From Pirellulales bacterium (GTDB lineage: Bacteria; Planctomycetota; Planctomycetia; Pirellulales; UBA1268): DNA of 60,447 bases. The stretch lies in assembly GCA_044360305.1 (NCBI GenBank), contig JBIKKQ010000003.1, positions 1-60,447 of the forward strand, written 5' to 3'. The notes under the pieces were generated by a model that was not told the DNA's origin, ran no database searches, and saw only the letters and a list, made by a program, of their open reading frames with translations. The position numbers and the translations under genes were made by a program. Positions 9,846 through 19,674 of the stretch are shown piece by piece. Positions within the stretch are counted from its first letter, which is position 1; every line of letters starts with the position of its first letter.

Positions 9846-12680
9846 ATGCCGTTCAGCGGCCGGACGGGTCCTGACGACGGGATCGATTTTTCCGACGCGG
9901 CGTGTCGATGGATGGGTCGTGGCGTCGGCCGCGCGGCGGGGCATAGACCTGGTGCGCGTGGGGCAGACGCGCATGCGGGGGTCGATCCGGGGATGTGTGA
10001 CAAGCGTTCTGCGGCGTGCATGGTCGCGTCGTTCGTGGCCGGTCTGCTCTGCACCGCGGCGGTGCACGGGCCCACGCTGCTCGATCCGGTTCCCGAACCG
10101 TACTTCGGCCTCGACGTCGCAGGCACCGCGCCGGCGTTTGCAAGCCCGATTTTGTCCAGCCCGGCAGAGCCGCGACCGCCACGGCCACCGCAGCGGCTCG
10201 CGCTCGGACCGGCCGCCGCGCCGATCGCGGCGGGCATCGAGGCCCAGGCCCTGCCGACGTCGGGCGAAGGCCAGGCCGGTCGAGTCGAGCGGGCGGCGCC
10301 GACCGGCGTTGCCGACGCGGGCGAATTCATCCCGCCGTCTGCCACGCCGAGCAGCGAGGCGCCGCCGGTGCCCGCGCCGCCGCGGGCGGCCGGCATGGTG
10401 CCGACCGAGTCGTTGCGCGCCCTCGTCGAGCGGATGCGGCAGGCCCGTGCGGCCGCCGTGCCACCGCCCCAGACCGCCGTGGATGCGGTGCCCGCGCCGA
10501 CGGCCAAACCCCCGCCCGAGCCGGAGCCGGACACGGTGCCGGCCGATGCGGCATCCGACGTTCCGCCCCAGGCGGCGGCCGACGACGTTGGCGGCGGGGA
10601 GTCCCCCGCGCCGCGTCCGGCCGGCCGCCTGTTTGGTTTGTTGGCGGAGCGCCGCGCCGATCCCCAGGCCGATGCAGGCGGCGAGCCGCGGCCCGAGAAG
10701 CCGCTGTTCGGCGGCCGACTGCTGGAGCGGGTGCGCGGAGACGGCGGCATCGCGCGGGGCATCGTGGGCCGGATCGCGGGCCCGGCTGCGGAAGGCTCCG
10801 CCTCCGTCGAGCCGCCGCGGGGCGGCGGCTGGCCGGACCCGGTCCGGCTGCGCGAGCAACTCGATCGTCTGCAGCAGGAGGCCACGGCGGCGGGCGAGCC
10901 GGCGGCCGCCGTCGCGGCATGGGCCGCCGAGACGTCTCGATGCCTGCGCGAGGTGATCGCCAGCGGAGGCCCCGCCAGTCCGCATGCCGACCGACCGCTG
11001 GCAGCGCTGGTCGCGGCCAGCCGCGCCGGCATGACCGCCGCCGACGCCGCGCCCAGCATGGAACTCGCCACGCTCACGCGGCGGACCGCCCTCGGGGCCG
11101 GTCGTCGGGGAGCCACGTGGCAGGCCGTGGCCGGCGCGGGTGCCGAACTGAGCCCGGTACCAGGCAGCGATCCCGGCAGCGATCTCGGCCCGTCGCTCGT
11201 GGCCACCCAGCGGCTGGCGGAGCTCGTCGGCCTGCTGCATGCCCTCGAGCGGTACGAAGCGACGCAGGCCGCGGCCGACGCCCAGGCGGCGCAGGCCGTG
11301 CTGCGGCCGCTGACCACGGCGCCGCTCCGGGCCGCCCCCGCGGTCGTGCAGGCCGTGACCGACCACTACCTGGCCCCCAACCTGCGGGTCGCCCTCCATC
11401 GCGACTTCATCGAGCGGATTCTGCCGGAGAAGACGGTGGCCTCCGGGCGGATGGAGGACTTCGTCCTCGGCCGCCAGGTCCGCGGCACGAACCGGATCGA
11501 GCAGTCGCTCGGTGTCGGCTTCCTGCCGAGCCGGACCGACATCCGCTGCGAACTGCGGGTCAGCGGCGTGGTCAGTTCGCGCACCGTCACGGATGGCGGC
11601 ATCGCGGACATCCATTCCCAGGGGAGCGCGAACTTCGTGGTGCGCAAGCCGGTGGTCATCTCCGGCCGCGGGCTGGCCTTCGGCACGGCGCTCGGCTCCG
11701 CCAGCAACTCCGCCCGGCTCGCCGGCGTCGACACGCCGTTCGACAACGTGCCGCTGATGGGATCGATGATGAAGAGCGCGGTCGTCAACCGGTTCGAGGA
11801 CAGCCGCGAGGAGGCGGCCCGCGAGGTCAACGAGAAGATCATCGTGCGCGCCTGCCGGCAGGTGGACCGGGAAGCGGAGCCGAAGCTCCAGGACATGGCG
11901 GAACGGCTCCGCGAGCGGGTCTGGATGCCGATGGTGGAACTCGGGCTCGAACCGACGCCGGTGCAGCTGGAGACGACGGAGTCGGTGGCCACGGTGCGGC
12001 TGCGGCTGGCGGCGGCCGGGCAGCTGGCGGCGCACACGCCGCGATCGCGGGTGCCCGAGGGGGCGATCCTCAGCCTCCAGGTCCACGACTCGACGCTCAA
12101 CAACGGCTGCGAGCGGCTCGGGATCGCCGGCCGGCGGACGACGATCGAGGATCTGCTGCGGACGGTCTGCCTGCGGCTCGGCCTGCCGCCGCATCTGCCC
12201 CCGGACCTGCCCGAGGGAGTCGAGGTCGAGTTCGCCGCGGAGGAGCCGATGCGGGTGGAGTGCCGGGACGGCCTCGTCCGCCTCCGGCTGGCGATCGACA
12301 CCCTGCAGGTCGGCCGGCGGGTCTGGCACGACATCGTCGCCCAGGTCACCTACCGGCCGGTGTCCGCGGGCATGCAGGTCCGGCTCGAACGGGAGGGAAA
12401 GGTGAAGCTCTCCGGCGCGGGGCAGCGCGGACAGCTGGAGATCGGGCTGCGAACGATCTTCGCCAAGATCTTTCCCGAGAAGCGGTCGCTCGACCTGCTC
12501 CCCGCCGCGCTCGTCGGGCATCCGCAGTTCGCGGACGTGGAGGCGATCCAGGCCACGGCGACCGACGGCTGGTTCAGTCTCGCGTTGGCCCCACGGCCCG
12601 CGGTCCCGGCCGTCGCGCCCAAGCCGCCGGAGCCGCCGCGGAGGCAGGCGATCGGCCCCCCGCGGCCGCGCCGCCGGTAG
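9846..12680 (+). CDS. Large exported/membrane-anchored hypothetical protein (start may be 9993 or 10020)
   Basis: Long ORF with a hydrophobic N-terminal segment, Pro/Ala-rich linker and a beta-rich C-terminal ~450 aa. Confidence 0.65.
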   Translation: MPFSGRTGPDDGIDFSDAACRWMGRGVGRAAGHRPGARGADAHAGVDPGMCDKRSAACMVASFVAGLLCTAAVHGPTLLDPVPEPYFGLDVAGTAPAFASPILSSPAEPRPPRPPQRLALGPAAAPIAAGIEAQALPTSGEGQAGRVERAAPTGVADAGEFIPPSATPSSEAPPVPAPPRAAGMVPTESLRALVERMRQARAAAVPPPQTAVDAVPAPTAKPPPEPEPDTVPADAASDVPPQAAADDVGGGESPAPRPAGRLFGLLAERRADPQADAGGEPRPEKPLFGGRLLERVRGDGGIARGIVGRIAGPAAEGSASVEPPRGGGWPDPVRLREQLDRLQQEATAAGEPAAAVAAWAAETSRCLREVIASGGPASPHADRPLAALVAASRAGMTAADAAPSMELATLTRRTALGAGRRGATWQAVAGAGAELSPVPGSDPGSDLGPSLVATQRLAELVGLLHALERYEATQAAADAQAAQAVLRPLTTAPLRAAPAVVQAVTDHYLAPNLRVALHRDFIERILPEKTVASGRMEDFVLGRQVRGTNRIEQSLGVGFLPSRTDIRCELRVSGVVSSRTVTDGGIADIHSQGSANFVVRKPVVISGRGLAFGTALGSASNSARLAGVDTPFDNVPLMGSMMKSAVVNRFEDSREEAAREVNEKIIVRACRQVDREAEPKLQDMAERLRERVWMPMVELGLEPTPVQLETTESVATVRLRLAAAGQLAAHTPRSRVPEGAILSLQVHDSTLNNGCERLGIAGRRTTIEDLLRTVCLRLGLPPHLPPDLPEGVEVEFAAEEPMRVECRDGLVRLRLAIDTLQVGRRVWHDIVAQVTYRPVSAGMQVRLEREGKVKLSGAGQRGQLEIGLRTIFAKIFPEKRSLDLLPAALVGHPQFADVEAIQATATDGWFSLALAPRPAVPAVAPKPPEPPRRQAIGPPRPRRR

Positions 12681-12699
12681 CGGCCGCCACCGGTCCGGG

Positions 12700-15075
12700 T
12701 CATTCCAGCGGCGCCAGGCCGCCGTGGCCGAGGATGAACGTGCGTCGCCCGGCCGGGCCGTCGAACAGCACCGTGGCCACGGCCCGGGGACCGGCGCCGC
12801 TGATGCCGGTGATCGTTCCCGTCCCGTGGCTCGCATGCTCGACCCGCTGGCCGGCCGCGAACGTCGGCGCCGCAGGCCGGCCGGCCATGCGCTCCGCCAG
12901 ATCGGCCGCCCGCTCGATCACCGCATCGATCCGCCGGCGCGGCCGGGACTCCGGCGGGGGAGCGTCCTCGAGTTCCAGCACCAGTCCATCGGGCCGCTGG
13001 ACCGACGCTCCCTGGGGCCGGCGGTCCCCGTCCTGCGCCGCGTCGGCGAACTCGTCGGCGAATTCGTCGGTGGCCGCGCCGGTATGCATCCAGGTCTCGA
13101 ACGCCGCGGCATCCGCGGGGGCCTCGGCGCCGGTGACGATCGTCTCGCTGCCATTCATCTCGGCGAGAAACAGGCTCGGCGCGTTGACCCGGCAGCTGCC
13201 CCGGTAGTCCCGCATCCGGGCGCTGCTGGCATGCACCTCCTCGCGGCCCCGGGTGATGCCCACGAACACCAGCCGGCGTTCCTCCTCCAGCTGCTCGGGA
13301 TGGTCGAGGGTGCGCTCGTGGGGCAGGATGCCGTCCTCCATGGCGATCATGTAGACGACGGGAAACTCCAGCCCCTTGGCGGCGTGAAACGTCATCAGCG
13401 CGACGCGGTCGCTGGTGGCATCCCAGGCATCGGTGTCGCCCACGAGGGCCGTGGTCTCGAGAAACCCGCCGAGCGGATCGATCGTCGCGGCGGTGGGGTC
13501 GGCGGCCCAGCCGTCGTCGAATTGCCGGGCCGCCGTCACGAGCTCGTCCACGTTCGCCAGCCGATCGACCTCGGCCTCGTCGTCCTCCGCCTCGGCGGCG
13601 AGATGGTCCCGGTAGCCGCTCCGGGCGAGGACCTCCTCGAGGAGCGCCGCCACGCTTCCCGACCGACCGGCAGCGGCGAGCTCGCCGTGCAGGCGGGCGA
13701 ACGCGACCAGCGCCCGCGCCGCGCGGGTCGGCAGCCCCGGGATGGCGGCGGCCGTGGCCGCGGCCTCGAGCCGGCTCATCCGCCGGTCGTCGGCCCAGGC
13801 GGCCAGCCGGTCGAGCGACTGCCGGCCGATGCCGCGCGGCGGCACGTTGACGACCCGGAGCATCGCCTCGTCGTCCCGCGGGTTGCGCAGCAGCCGCAGC
13901 CAGGCGACCACGTCGCGGATCTCCCGGCGCTGGAAGAACTCCAGGCCGCGGACGAGCTGGTAGGGCACGCCCCGGCCGCGCAGGCCGACCTCCAGCGAGC
14001 GGGAGAGCGCGTTGGTGCGGAACAGCACGGCGAAGTCCCGCGGCGACCGGCGGCCGGCCGCCACCGCGGTCGCGATCTCGTCGGCGATCCGGTCCGCCTC
14101 CTCACGTCCGCTGGAGTCGAGCACGATCCGCACCGCGGCCCCGGCGCCGGCGTCCGTCAGCAGCCGCTTCGGCTTGCGGCGGGCGTTGTGCGCGATCAGC
14201 CGGTCGGCCGTGCCGAGGATGTTGGCGGTGCTGCGGTAGTTCTGCTCCAGGGTGACGACGACGGCCGCCGGGTAGTCGCGCTCGAACTCGAGGATGTTGC
14301 GGATGCTCGCGCCGCGCCATCCGTAGATCGCCTGGTCGGGGTCGCCGGTGACGGCGAGGTTGGGATGGTCGACCGACAGGCCGCGGACGATGCAGTACTG
14401 GACGGCGTTGGTGTCCTGGTACTCGTCCACGAGGATGAACCGGTGCCGGGCATCGAGCTCAGCACGGAGCTCGGGGTTGTCGCCCAGCAGGCGGGCGACG
14501 TGGACGAGCAGGTCGTCGAAATCGACCGCGTTGGAGCGGAGCATGAACTCCTGGTACACGGGCCAGAGCCGGCGGGCGACGTCGTCCGTCGGCCGGCCCC
14601 AGCGCGGCTCGAACGTCTCCGGGTTGAGGAGATCGTTCTTCGCCCGGCTGATGGTGGCGGCGATGCGGTCGATCGGGGTGTGTTTCAGGCCCAGGCCGAG
14701 CTTCTGTGCCGCGCGCTTGAGCATGGCATGGGCGTCGTCGGTGTCGAGGATCGAATAGTCGCTCGTCAGCCCCACCTGGCGGGCGTGGCGGCGCAGGAGC
14801 CGGGCGGCGAAGCGGTGAAACGTGCCCATCTCGACCGCGGTCGGGCCGACCAGCGCCTCGACGCGGCGGCGCATCTCCTCAGCCGCCTTGTTGGTGAACG
14901 TCAGGGCGACGATCCGCTGGGGGGGAATCCCGGCGGCGATCAGCCGGGCCACCCGGTGCGTCACCACGCGCGTCTTGCCGCTGCCCGGTCCGGCGAGGAC
15001 GAGGAGCGGCCCCTCGACGTGCTCGGCGGCCCGGCGCTGGGATTCGTTGAGCGATGCGAGGAGATCTGCGGGCAC
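12700..15075 (-). CDS. pcrA: ATP-dependent DNA helicase PcrA/UvrD
   Basis: AGPGSGKT, TFTNKAA, DEYQD, GDPDQAIYGWRGA, QNYRS, HAAKGLEF, EEERRLVFVGITR, C-terminal Tudor-like domain. Confidence 0.95.
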   Translation of the reverse strand: MPADLLASLNESQRRAAEHVEGPLLVLAGPGSGKTRVVTHRVARLIAAGIPPQRIVALTFTNKAAEEMRRRVEALVGPTAVEMGTFHRFAARLLRRHARQVGLTSDYSILDTDDAHAMLKRAAQKLGLGLKHTPIDRIAATISRAKNDLLNPETFEPRWGRPTDDVARRLWPVYQEFMLRSNAVDFDDLLVHVARLLGDNPELRAELDARHRFILVDEYQDTNAVQYCIVRGLSVDHPNLAVTGDPDQAIYGWRGASIRNILEFERDYPAAVVVTLEQNYRSTANILGTADRLIAHNARRKPKRLLTDAGAGAAVRIVLDSSGREEADRIADEIATAVAAGRRSPRDFAVLFRTNALSRSLEVGLRGRGVPYQLVRGLEFFQRREIRDVVAWLRLLRNPRDDEAMLRVVNVPPRGIGRQSLDRLAAWADDRRMSRLEAAATAAAIPGLPTRAARALVAFARLHGELAAAGRSGSVAALLEEVLARSGYRDHLAAEAEDDEAEVDRLANVDELVTAARQFDDGWAADPTAATIDPLGGFLETTALVGDTDAWDATSDRVALMTFHAAKGLEFPVVYMIAMEDGILPHERTLDHPEQLEEERRLVFVGITRGREEVHASSARMRDYRGSCRVNAPSLFLAEMNGSETIVTGAEAPADAAAFETWMHTGAATDEFADEFADAAQDGDRRPQGASVQRPDGLVLELEDAPPPESRPRRRIDAVIERAADLAERMAGRPAAPTFAAGQRVEHASHGTGTITGISGAGPRAVATVLFDGPAGRRTFILGHGGLAPLE

Positions 15076-15266
15076 TGGTCCGCGGCCCGTGGCCGCCGCT
15101 GAAAAGAGGGGCAACCACGGCGAACGGCGCAATCTCGGCCGGCACGCCGCGCCCCGTGGTAGGCGAACGTGCCCCGATATCAGTATAGTGCACGACCGCT
15201 GGGTTCCCGTGCGACCGCCGCACGCGGACCGACAGCCATCAGGAGCACCTGCACGGGAGGGACCCC

Positions 15267-15557
15267 ATGCCGCGCATTCCGTACCGCAATCTCACGCAAG
15301 CCAACGAACTGGAGGAGAAGCTCGAGATGAGCACGGCCGAAATCGGCCTCTCCGTCCGCACGACCAACTGCCTCGAAGAACGGGGCATCTTCACCGTCCA
15401 CGATCTGCTCAAGTGCACGCGATCCGACCTGCTCTCGATCTCGAACTTCGGCGAGAAGACGCTGGAGGAGGTGTTCAAGGCGCTGGAGAAGATCGGCTTC
15501 TTCCGCAACGGGGTCGCGGCGGCCGACGAACCCGAGGCCGTGGGCAACGCCGGCTAG
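15267..15557 (+). CDS. Stand-alone RNA polymerase alpha C-terminal domain protein
   Basis: [21 protein letters not shown]...[15 protein letters not shown] matches the alpha-CTD consensus LSVRxxNCL...NFGxKSL; GGGAGG RBS. Confidence 0.88.
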   Translation: MPRIPYRNLTQANELEEKLEMSTAEIGLSVRTTNCLEERGIFTVHDLLKCTRSDLLSISNFGEKTLEEVFKALEKIGFFRNGVAAADEPEAVGNAG

Positions 15558-15771
15558 CAGACTGTGGCACGAGCCTGCCCGAGCAGGATGCGCAGGCCAT
15601 CGACCCAGGAAACCCTTGGCGTTTCCTGCGGTCGATCAAGTGGAAAAAGGTCATGGATGACTTTTTCCACGGACAGCGAGCGATGCGGCGGGCGGTTTCC
15701 TGCCAGGTCGCAGGACGTTCGCCGCGGTCCACCCCGGGCCGTGGCCGGCGGGCCGGCGGAGGAGGACCGAC

Positions 15772-17100
15772 GTGAGGCTGCCCCGATTTTTCGGCAAGAA
15801 GCGCGGCCATCGGCGGACCGGATGGGAGGCCTGGGGCTCGATCGGCGACGGTCTGTTCCACGTCGCGATCCTCGTCGCCGGCTTGGCCTTCGGCGGCCTG
15901 CTGGTGTCGGGCGTCACCGTGCCGGAATGGCGCATGAACCACGACTTCGTGCCGACGAGCGGCACGATCGTGGGCACGGGACTGGAACGCCGCTCGGCGG
16001 CGGATGGGTCGGCGACGCCGACCTACCGGCCGATGCTCGCCGTCCGCTACGCGGCCGGCGCGGCCGACCGTGAGGCGTGGGTGCCCGCGCCGCGTACCGG
16101 CCGCACTTCCGACCGGTCGGCGGCGGTCGCGCGGCTCGACGCCTGGGCGCTGGGGGCCGAGCTCCCCGCTTGGTACGACCCGGCGCACGTCGGCACGGTC
16201 GTGCTCGAACGGGGCTACAACTGGTGGACGTGGCTGCTGACGCTGGTGCTGCCCGGTGCCCTGATCGCGTTCGGCACGAGCGGGCTGGTGCGGACGGCCC
16301 GACGCTGGAACACGTCGGAGGAATGCCGGGCGGCCGGCCGGCCGCTGCCCGGACTGCTGAAGCCGCTGCCCGCGACGCCGCGGACCGCCGACGGCCATCC
16401 CGGCGTTCCGACCTGCGACGACATGGTCAACTCGCCCGGCACCATCCTCCGCTATCGGCTACCGATCGAGAGCCCGGAAAACTGGCGGCTGATCGGCTTC
16501 GGCCTGTTCGCCGTGCTCTGGAACGTGGTGCTCGTGGTGCTTGCCGCCGGAGCCGGCCACGATCTCGCGGGCGGCCGCGTGGACCGGTTTCTGCTCGCGT
16601 TGCTCGTCCCGTTCACGGTGATCGGCGTGGCGGGCATCGTCATGTTCGTCCGCGGCCTGGTACTGTCCACGGCCGTCGGCACGACCCAGGTGGAGATCAA
16701 CGAGCATCCGCTCCGGCCCGGCGGCCGCTATGAATTAATTCTCGCCCAGGGGGGCTCCGGGGCGTTCCGGAGCCTGGAGATCTCCATCGCACTGGAGGAG
16801 CAGGCGACGTTTCGCCAGGGCACCGACACCCGCAGCGAGCGGCTCACCGTCTGGAGCCGGGCCGTCCAGGCGTGGGAGAACCTCCAACTCTCGCCGCGGG
16901 TGAGGTTCGAGGCCCGGACGACGCTGGAGATCCCCCCCGCGTGCATGCACTCCTTCGCCTCGGAACACAACACGGTCCGCTGGCTGGTCGTGGTCCGCGG
17001 CCGGCCCGTTCGCTGGCCCGCGTTCACCCGGACCTTTCCCGTCGTCGTGTTTCCAGATCCAGCCGCGGCCGGCACCGCGAATGCGGAGGTGACGAGGTGA
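15772..17100 (+). CDS. DUF3592-like membrane protein with a C-terminal beta-sandwich domain
   Basis: TM segments, LPAWYDPAHVGTVVLERG motif, GGAGGAGG RBS upstream of GTG. Confidence 0.7.
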   Translation: MRLPRFFGKKRGHRRTGWEAWGSIGDGLFHVAILVAGLAFGGLLVSGVTVPEWRMNHDFVPTSGTIVGTGLERRSAADGSATPTYRPMLAVRYAAGAADREAWVPAPRTGRTSDRSAAVARLDAWALGAELPAWYDPAHVGTVVLERGYNWWTWLLTLVLPGALIAFGTSGLVRTARRWNTSEECRAAGRPLPGLLKPLPATPRTADGHPGVPTCDDMVNSPGTILRYRLPIESPENWRLIGFGLFAVLWNVVLVVLAAGAGHDLAGGRVDRFLLALLVPFTVIGVAGIVMFVRGLVLSTAVGTTQVEINEHPLRPGGRYELILAQGGSGAFRSLEISIALEEQATFRQGTDTRSERLTVWSRAVQAWENLQLSPRVRFEARTTLEIPPACMHSFASEHNTVRWLVVVRGRPVRWPAFTRTFPVVVFPDPAAAGTANAEVTR

Positions 17101-17528
17101 GCCAGCAGGCCGACGCCACCCGCTTCGCACCCCGGGTGCTCGTGCAGTTCGATCGCGCGGACCGGCGCTACAGGCCGCTCGACCCGCTCGCCGTCCGTTA
17201 CCAGGTGGACGGCGTCGCCGATGCCCACGTCCGTGCGATCGAGCACTCGGTGGTGTGGTACACCGAGGGCAAGGGGGAGGAGGATCTGGGCGTGCATTTC
17301 TTTCAGCGGCTGGCGGACCGCAACGCCGTCGCGGCGGCCGCCCGCGATGGCTCGTTCGCCACGCAGCTCCCGCGCAGCCCGCTGTCGTACGAGGGCGTGA
17401 TCGTGAAGATCCGCTGGTGCGTCCGCGTCCGGCTGTTTTTCACCGCCGCCCGCGATTTCGTCTCCGAGCACGTTTTCGAGCTCGGCTCGGTGCCCCCCGC
17501 GGCCCTTCCGGGGGGCGGCCAGCCATGA
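17097..17528 (+). CDS. Hypothetical beta-sandwich protein
   Basis: GTGA overlap with the upstream stop; VVWYTEGKGEED...LPRSPLSYEGVIVKIRWCVRVRL. Confidence 0.7.
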   Translation: MSQQADATRFAPRVLVQFDRADRRYRPLDPLAVRYQVDGVADAHVRAIEHSVVWYTEGKGEEDLGVHFFQRLADRNAVAAAARDGSFATQLPRSPLSYEGVIVKIRWCVRVRLFFTAARDFVSEHVFELGSVPPAALPGGGQP

Positions 17529-18145
17529 CGCGAGCCATGACCGAGACGTGGCCGGCGGTCGGCAGGCTTCCAGCGAACCCGTTCGCCACCCGGCACACGC
17601 GGCCCGGCGCGGTGCCGCCGCTCGACGGCCGCGGCGAGCCGCTCGACGTTGCCGCGCTCGCGGACCGCTGCCTCGCGCTGCCCGCCGCGGCGCTGGAGGG
17701 CCCGCATGGCCACGGCAAGACGACGACGCTCGTCGCTCTCGTTGACCATCTGGCGACCCGCGGCGTGCCCGTCGATCTGGTCCGCCTGCGGACGGCCGGC
17801 GACGGCAGGCGGACGCTGGCGGCGGTGCTCCGTGGGGAGCCGGGAGCCGTGGTGTGCATCGACGGCTGGGAGCGGATCAGCCGGCTGGCCGCGGTCGTCA
17901 TCCGGCTCGCGGCCCGCTGGCGCCGGGTGCGGCTCGTCGTCACGACGCATCGGCCGGCCGGCATGCCGGTGGTGCTGCGGTGTTCGACGTCGGCCGGGCT
18001 GCTGGCGGCGATCGTCGCGCGGCTGCCCGACCATGGCGGCCGGATCGCCGACGCCGACGTCGTCGCCGCCTTCGCGCGGCACGGCGGCGACCTGCGCGAG
18101 TCGCTCTACGATCTCTACGACCGGTTCGAGCAACAGATTCGCTGA
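17525..18145 (+). CDS. Small P-loop NTPase-like protein
   Basis: ANPF N-terminal motif, Walker A GPHGHGKTT, Walker B-like VVCIDGWE; ATGA overlap. Confidence 0.7.
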   Translation: MTRAMTETWPAVGRLPANPFATRHTRPGAVPPLDGRGEPLDVAALADRCLALPAAALEGPHGHGKTTTLVALVDHLATRGVPVDLVRLRTAGDGRRTLAAVLRGEPGAVVCIDGWERISRLAAVVIRLAARWRRVRLVVTTHRPAGMPVVLRCSTSAGLLAAIVARLPDHGGRIADADVVAAFARHGGDLRESLYDLYDRFEQQIR

Positions 18146-18408
18146 TCGCGACCGGGACCGCACCCCGGCCGGCGGGGCCCGGCCCGCGGCCGACCGGCCG
18201 CCGGTTTCAGCCGTCCGACGCAGCTGCCGGTCCGCCTGCGACGGTGGCAACGGTGGCAGCGGTCGTGACGGGTCGGCGCCGCGAATTCATGAACCGTGGC
18301 GGTCGTTTTTTCCGTCCGCCCCCCCGACGCGGAAACTACGCTCAAGGCAGACGTCGTCCGACTTGGGTGGCCCCACGTCGAGCCCCGGCGTCGCAAGGAG
18401 CGTGCGTG

Positions 18409-19614
18409 ATGATTCGCCGAATCCACTTCATCCTCCCGCTGGTCATGGCCGCGGCCGCGCCGCTGCCGGCGGCGGCGCAGCAGTGCTGCCTGAGCGAACT
18501 GTTCGCCGGCTGTGGGAGCTGCTTCAGGCGTCCACCGGCCTACGCGGTCGCCCCCGTGATGGCACCGCTGCCGACGGCCCCCGCGCCCGTGATGGTGCCG
18601 GTGGCGAAGACGAGCTACGTGCCGGAGACCACCTACCGCACGCAGATGCAGACCGTGCCGGTCACGACCTACAAGCCGTCCTGCGAGATCGATCCCTGCA
18701 CGGGCTGTCCGCGGGAGTGCATGCAGCCGGTCACGCAATACGTCCAGCAGGCGGTCAACGTACCGTTCACCCAGTACCGGGCGGTCACCACCACGCAATA
18801 CGTGCAGGTGCCGGCCGGCTACGCCGCACCGGGCTACGGGCCCGGCTACGCCCCCGCCCCGGTTCCGGGCGTGGCCCCGATTCCCCCGGCGCCGGGGATG
18901 GTCACAAGTCCGTTCGCGCCGCCGGCCATTGCCCAGCCACCGGCCGTGAACACAGCCCCGGGCGCGTGGGGTGCCGGGGCCCCCGACCTGCGGAATCCGG
19001 CCATGATGCAGCCGGGACAGACCAGCATCGCGCCCCCGGCGCTCCCGCCCACGCAGACCAACTACCCGCCCTTCACGGCGCAGCGGCCGCTTGCACCGCC
19101 GGTCGCCGGAACCCCGTTCGTGCAGCCGAACATCGTCCCGAGCCAGCCGCTCGCAGGCCAGCCGCTTAACGGCCAGCCCATGACGACCTACGTGCCGCCG
19201 GCGCAGCAGACCGACCCGACCCTGACGCAACGGCCGCTCCAGCCGGCCCCGTCCGTGGCGCCGCCGCTGCAGCCGATTCCCGAAACCCAGCGCCGGTCGG
19301 CTCCGGCCGCCGGCGGCCAGGCACCGCCCCCGATGGGAACGAACCAGCCCGGCACTGCGCCCGCCCCGGCGCCGACGATCCCCGCGGTGCCGAGCCAGCA
19401 GGCGCCGAATCCCGCCGCGACGCCGGCCCCGGCCGGTGCGGGCATGCCGACCGTCCCGGGCACCGGTCCGACGTCGGCGACCGGCGCGTTCCCGCGGCTC
19501 CTCGAGCCGACGGGGCACACGACCTCGTGGCAGCCGGCGACCGGCGGGGGACGGCCGGCCCTGTTCGTGCCCGCGTATCCCACCGCCGCCCTTCCGGCCC
19601 GCCTCCAGCAGTGA
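18409..19614 (+). CDS. Exported Pro/Gln-rich hypothetical protein
   Basis: AAGGAG RBS, signal peptide, Cys cluster (CEIDPCTGCPREC), VPxTTY repeats, long Pro-rich tail. Confidence 0.7.
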   Translation: MIRRIHFILPLVMAAAAPLPAAAQQCCLSELFAGCGSCFRRPPAYAVAPVMAPLPTAPAPVMVPVAKTSYVPETTYRTQMQTVPVTTYKPSCEIDPCTGCPRECMQPVTQYVQQAVNVPFTQYRAVTTTQYVQVPAGYAAPGYGPGYAPAPVPGVAPIPPAPGMVTSPFAPPAIAQPPAVNTAPGAWGAGAPDLRNPAMMQPGQTSIAPPALPPTQTNYPPFTAQRPLAPPVAGTPFVQPNIVPSQPLAGQPLNGQPMTTYVPPAQQTDPTLTQRPLQPAPSVAPPLQPIPETQRRSAPAAGGQAPPPMGTNQPGTAPAPAPTIPAVPSQQAPNPAATPAPAGAGMPTVPGTGPTSATGAFPRLLEPTGHTTSWQPATGGGRPALFVPAYPTAALPARLQQ

Positions 19615-19674
19615 TCCAATGGCGGTTTCCCGCGCGGGCCGCGGGCATCCCCGGCAGCGCAGCCCCGGGCCGCC

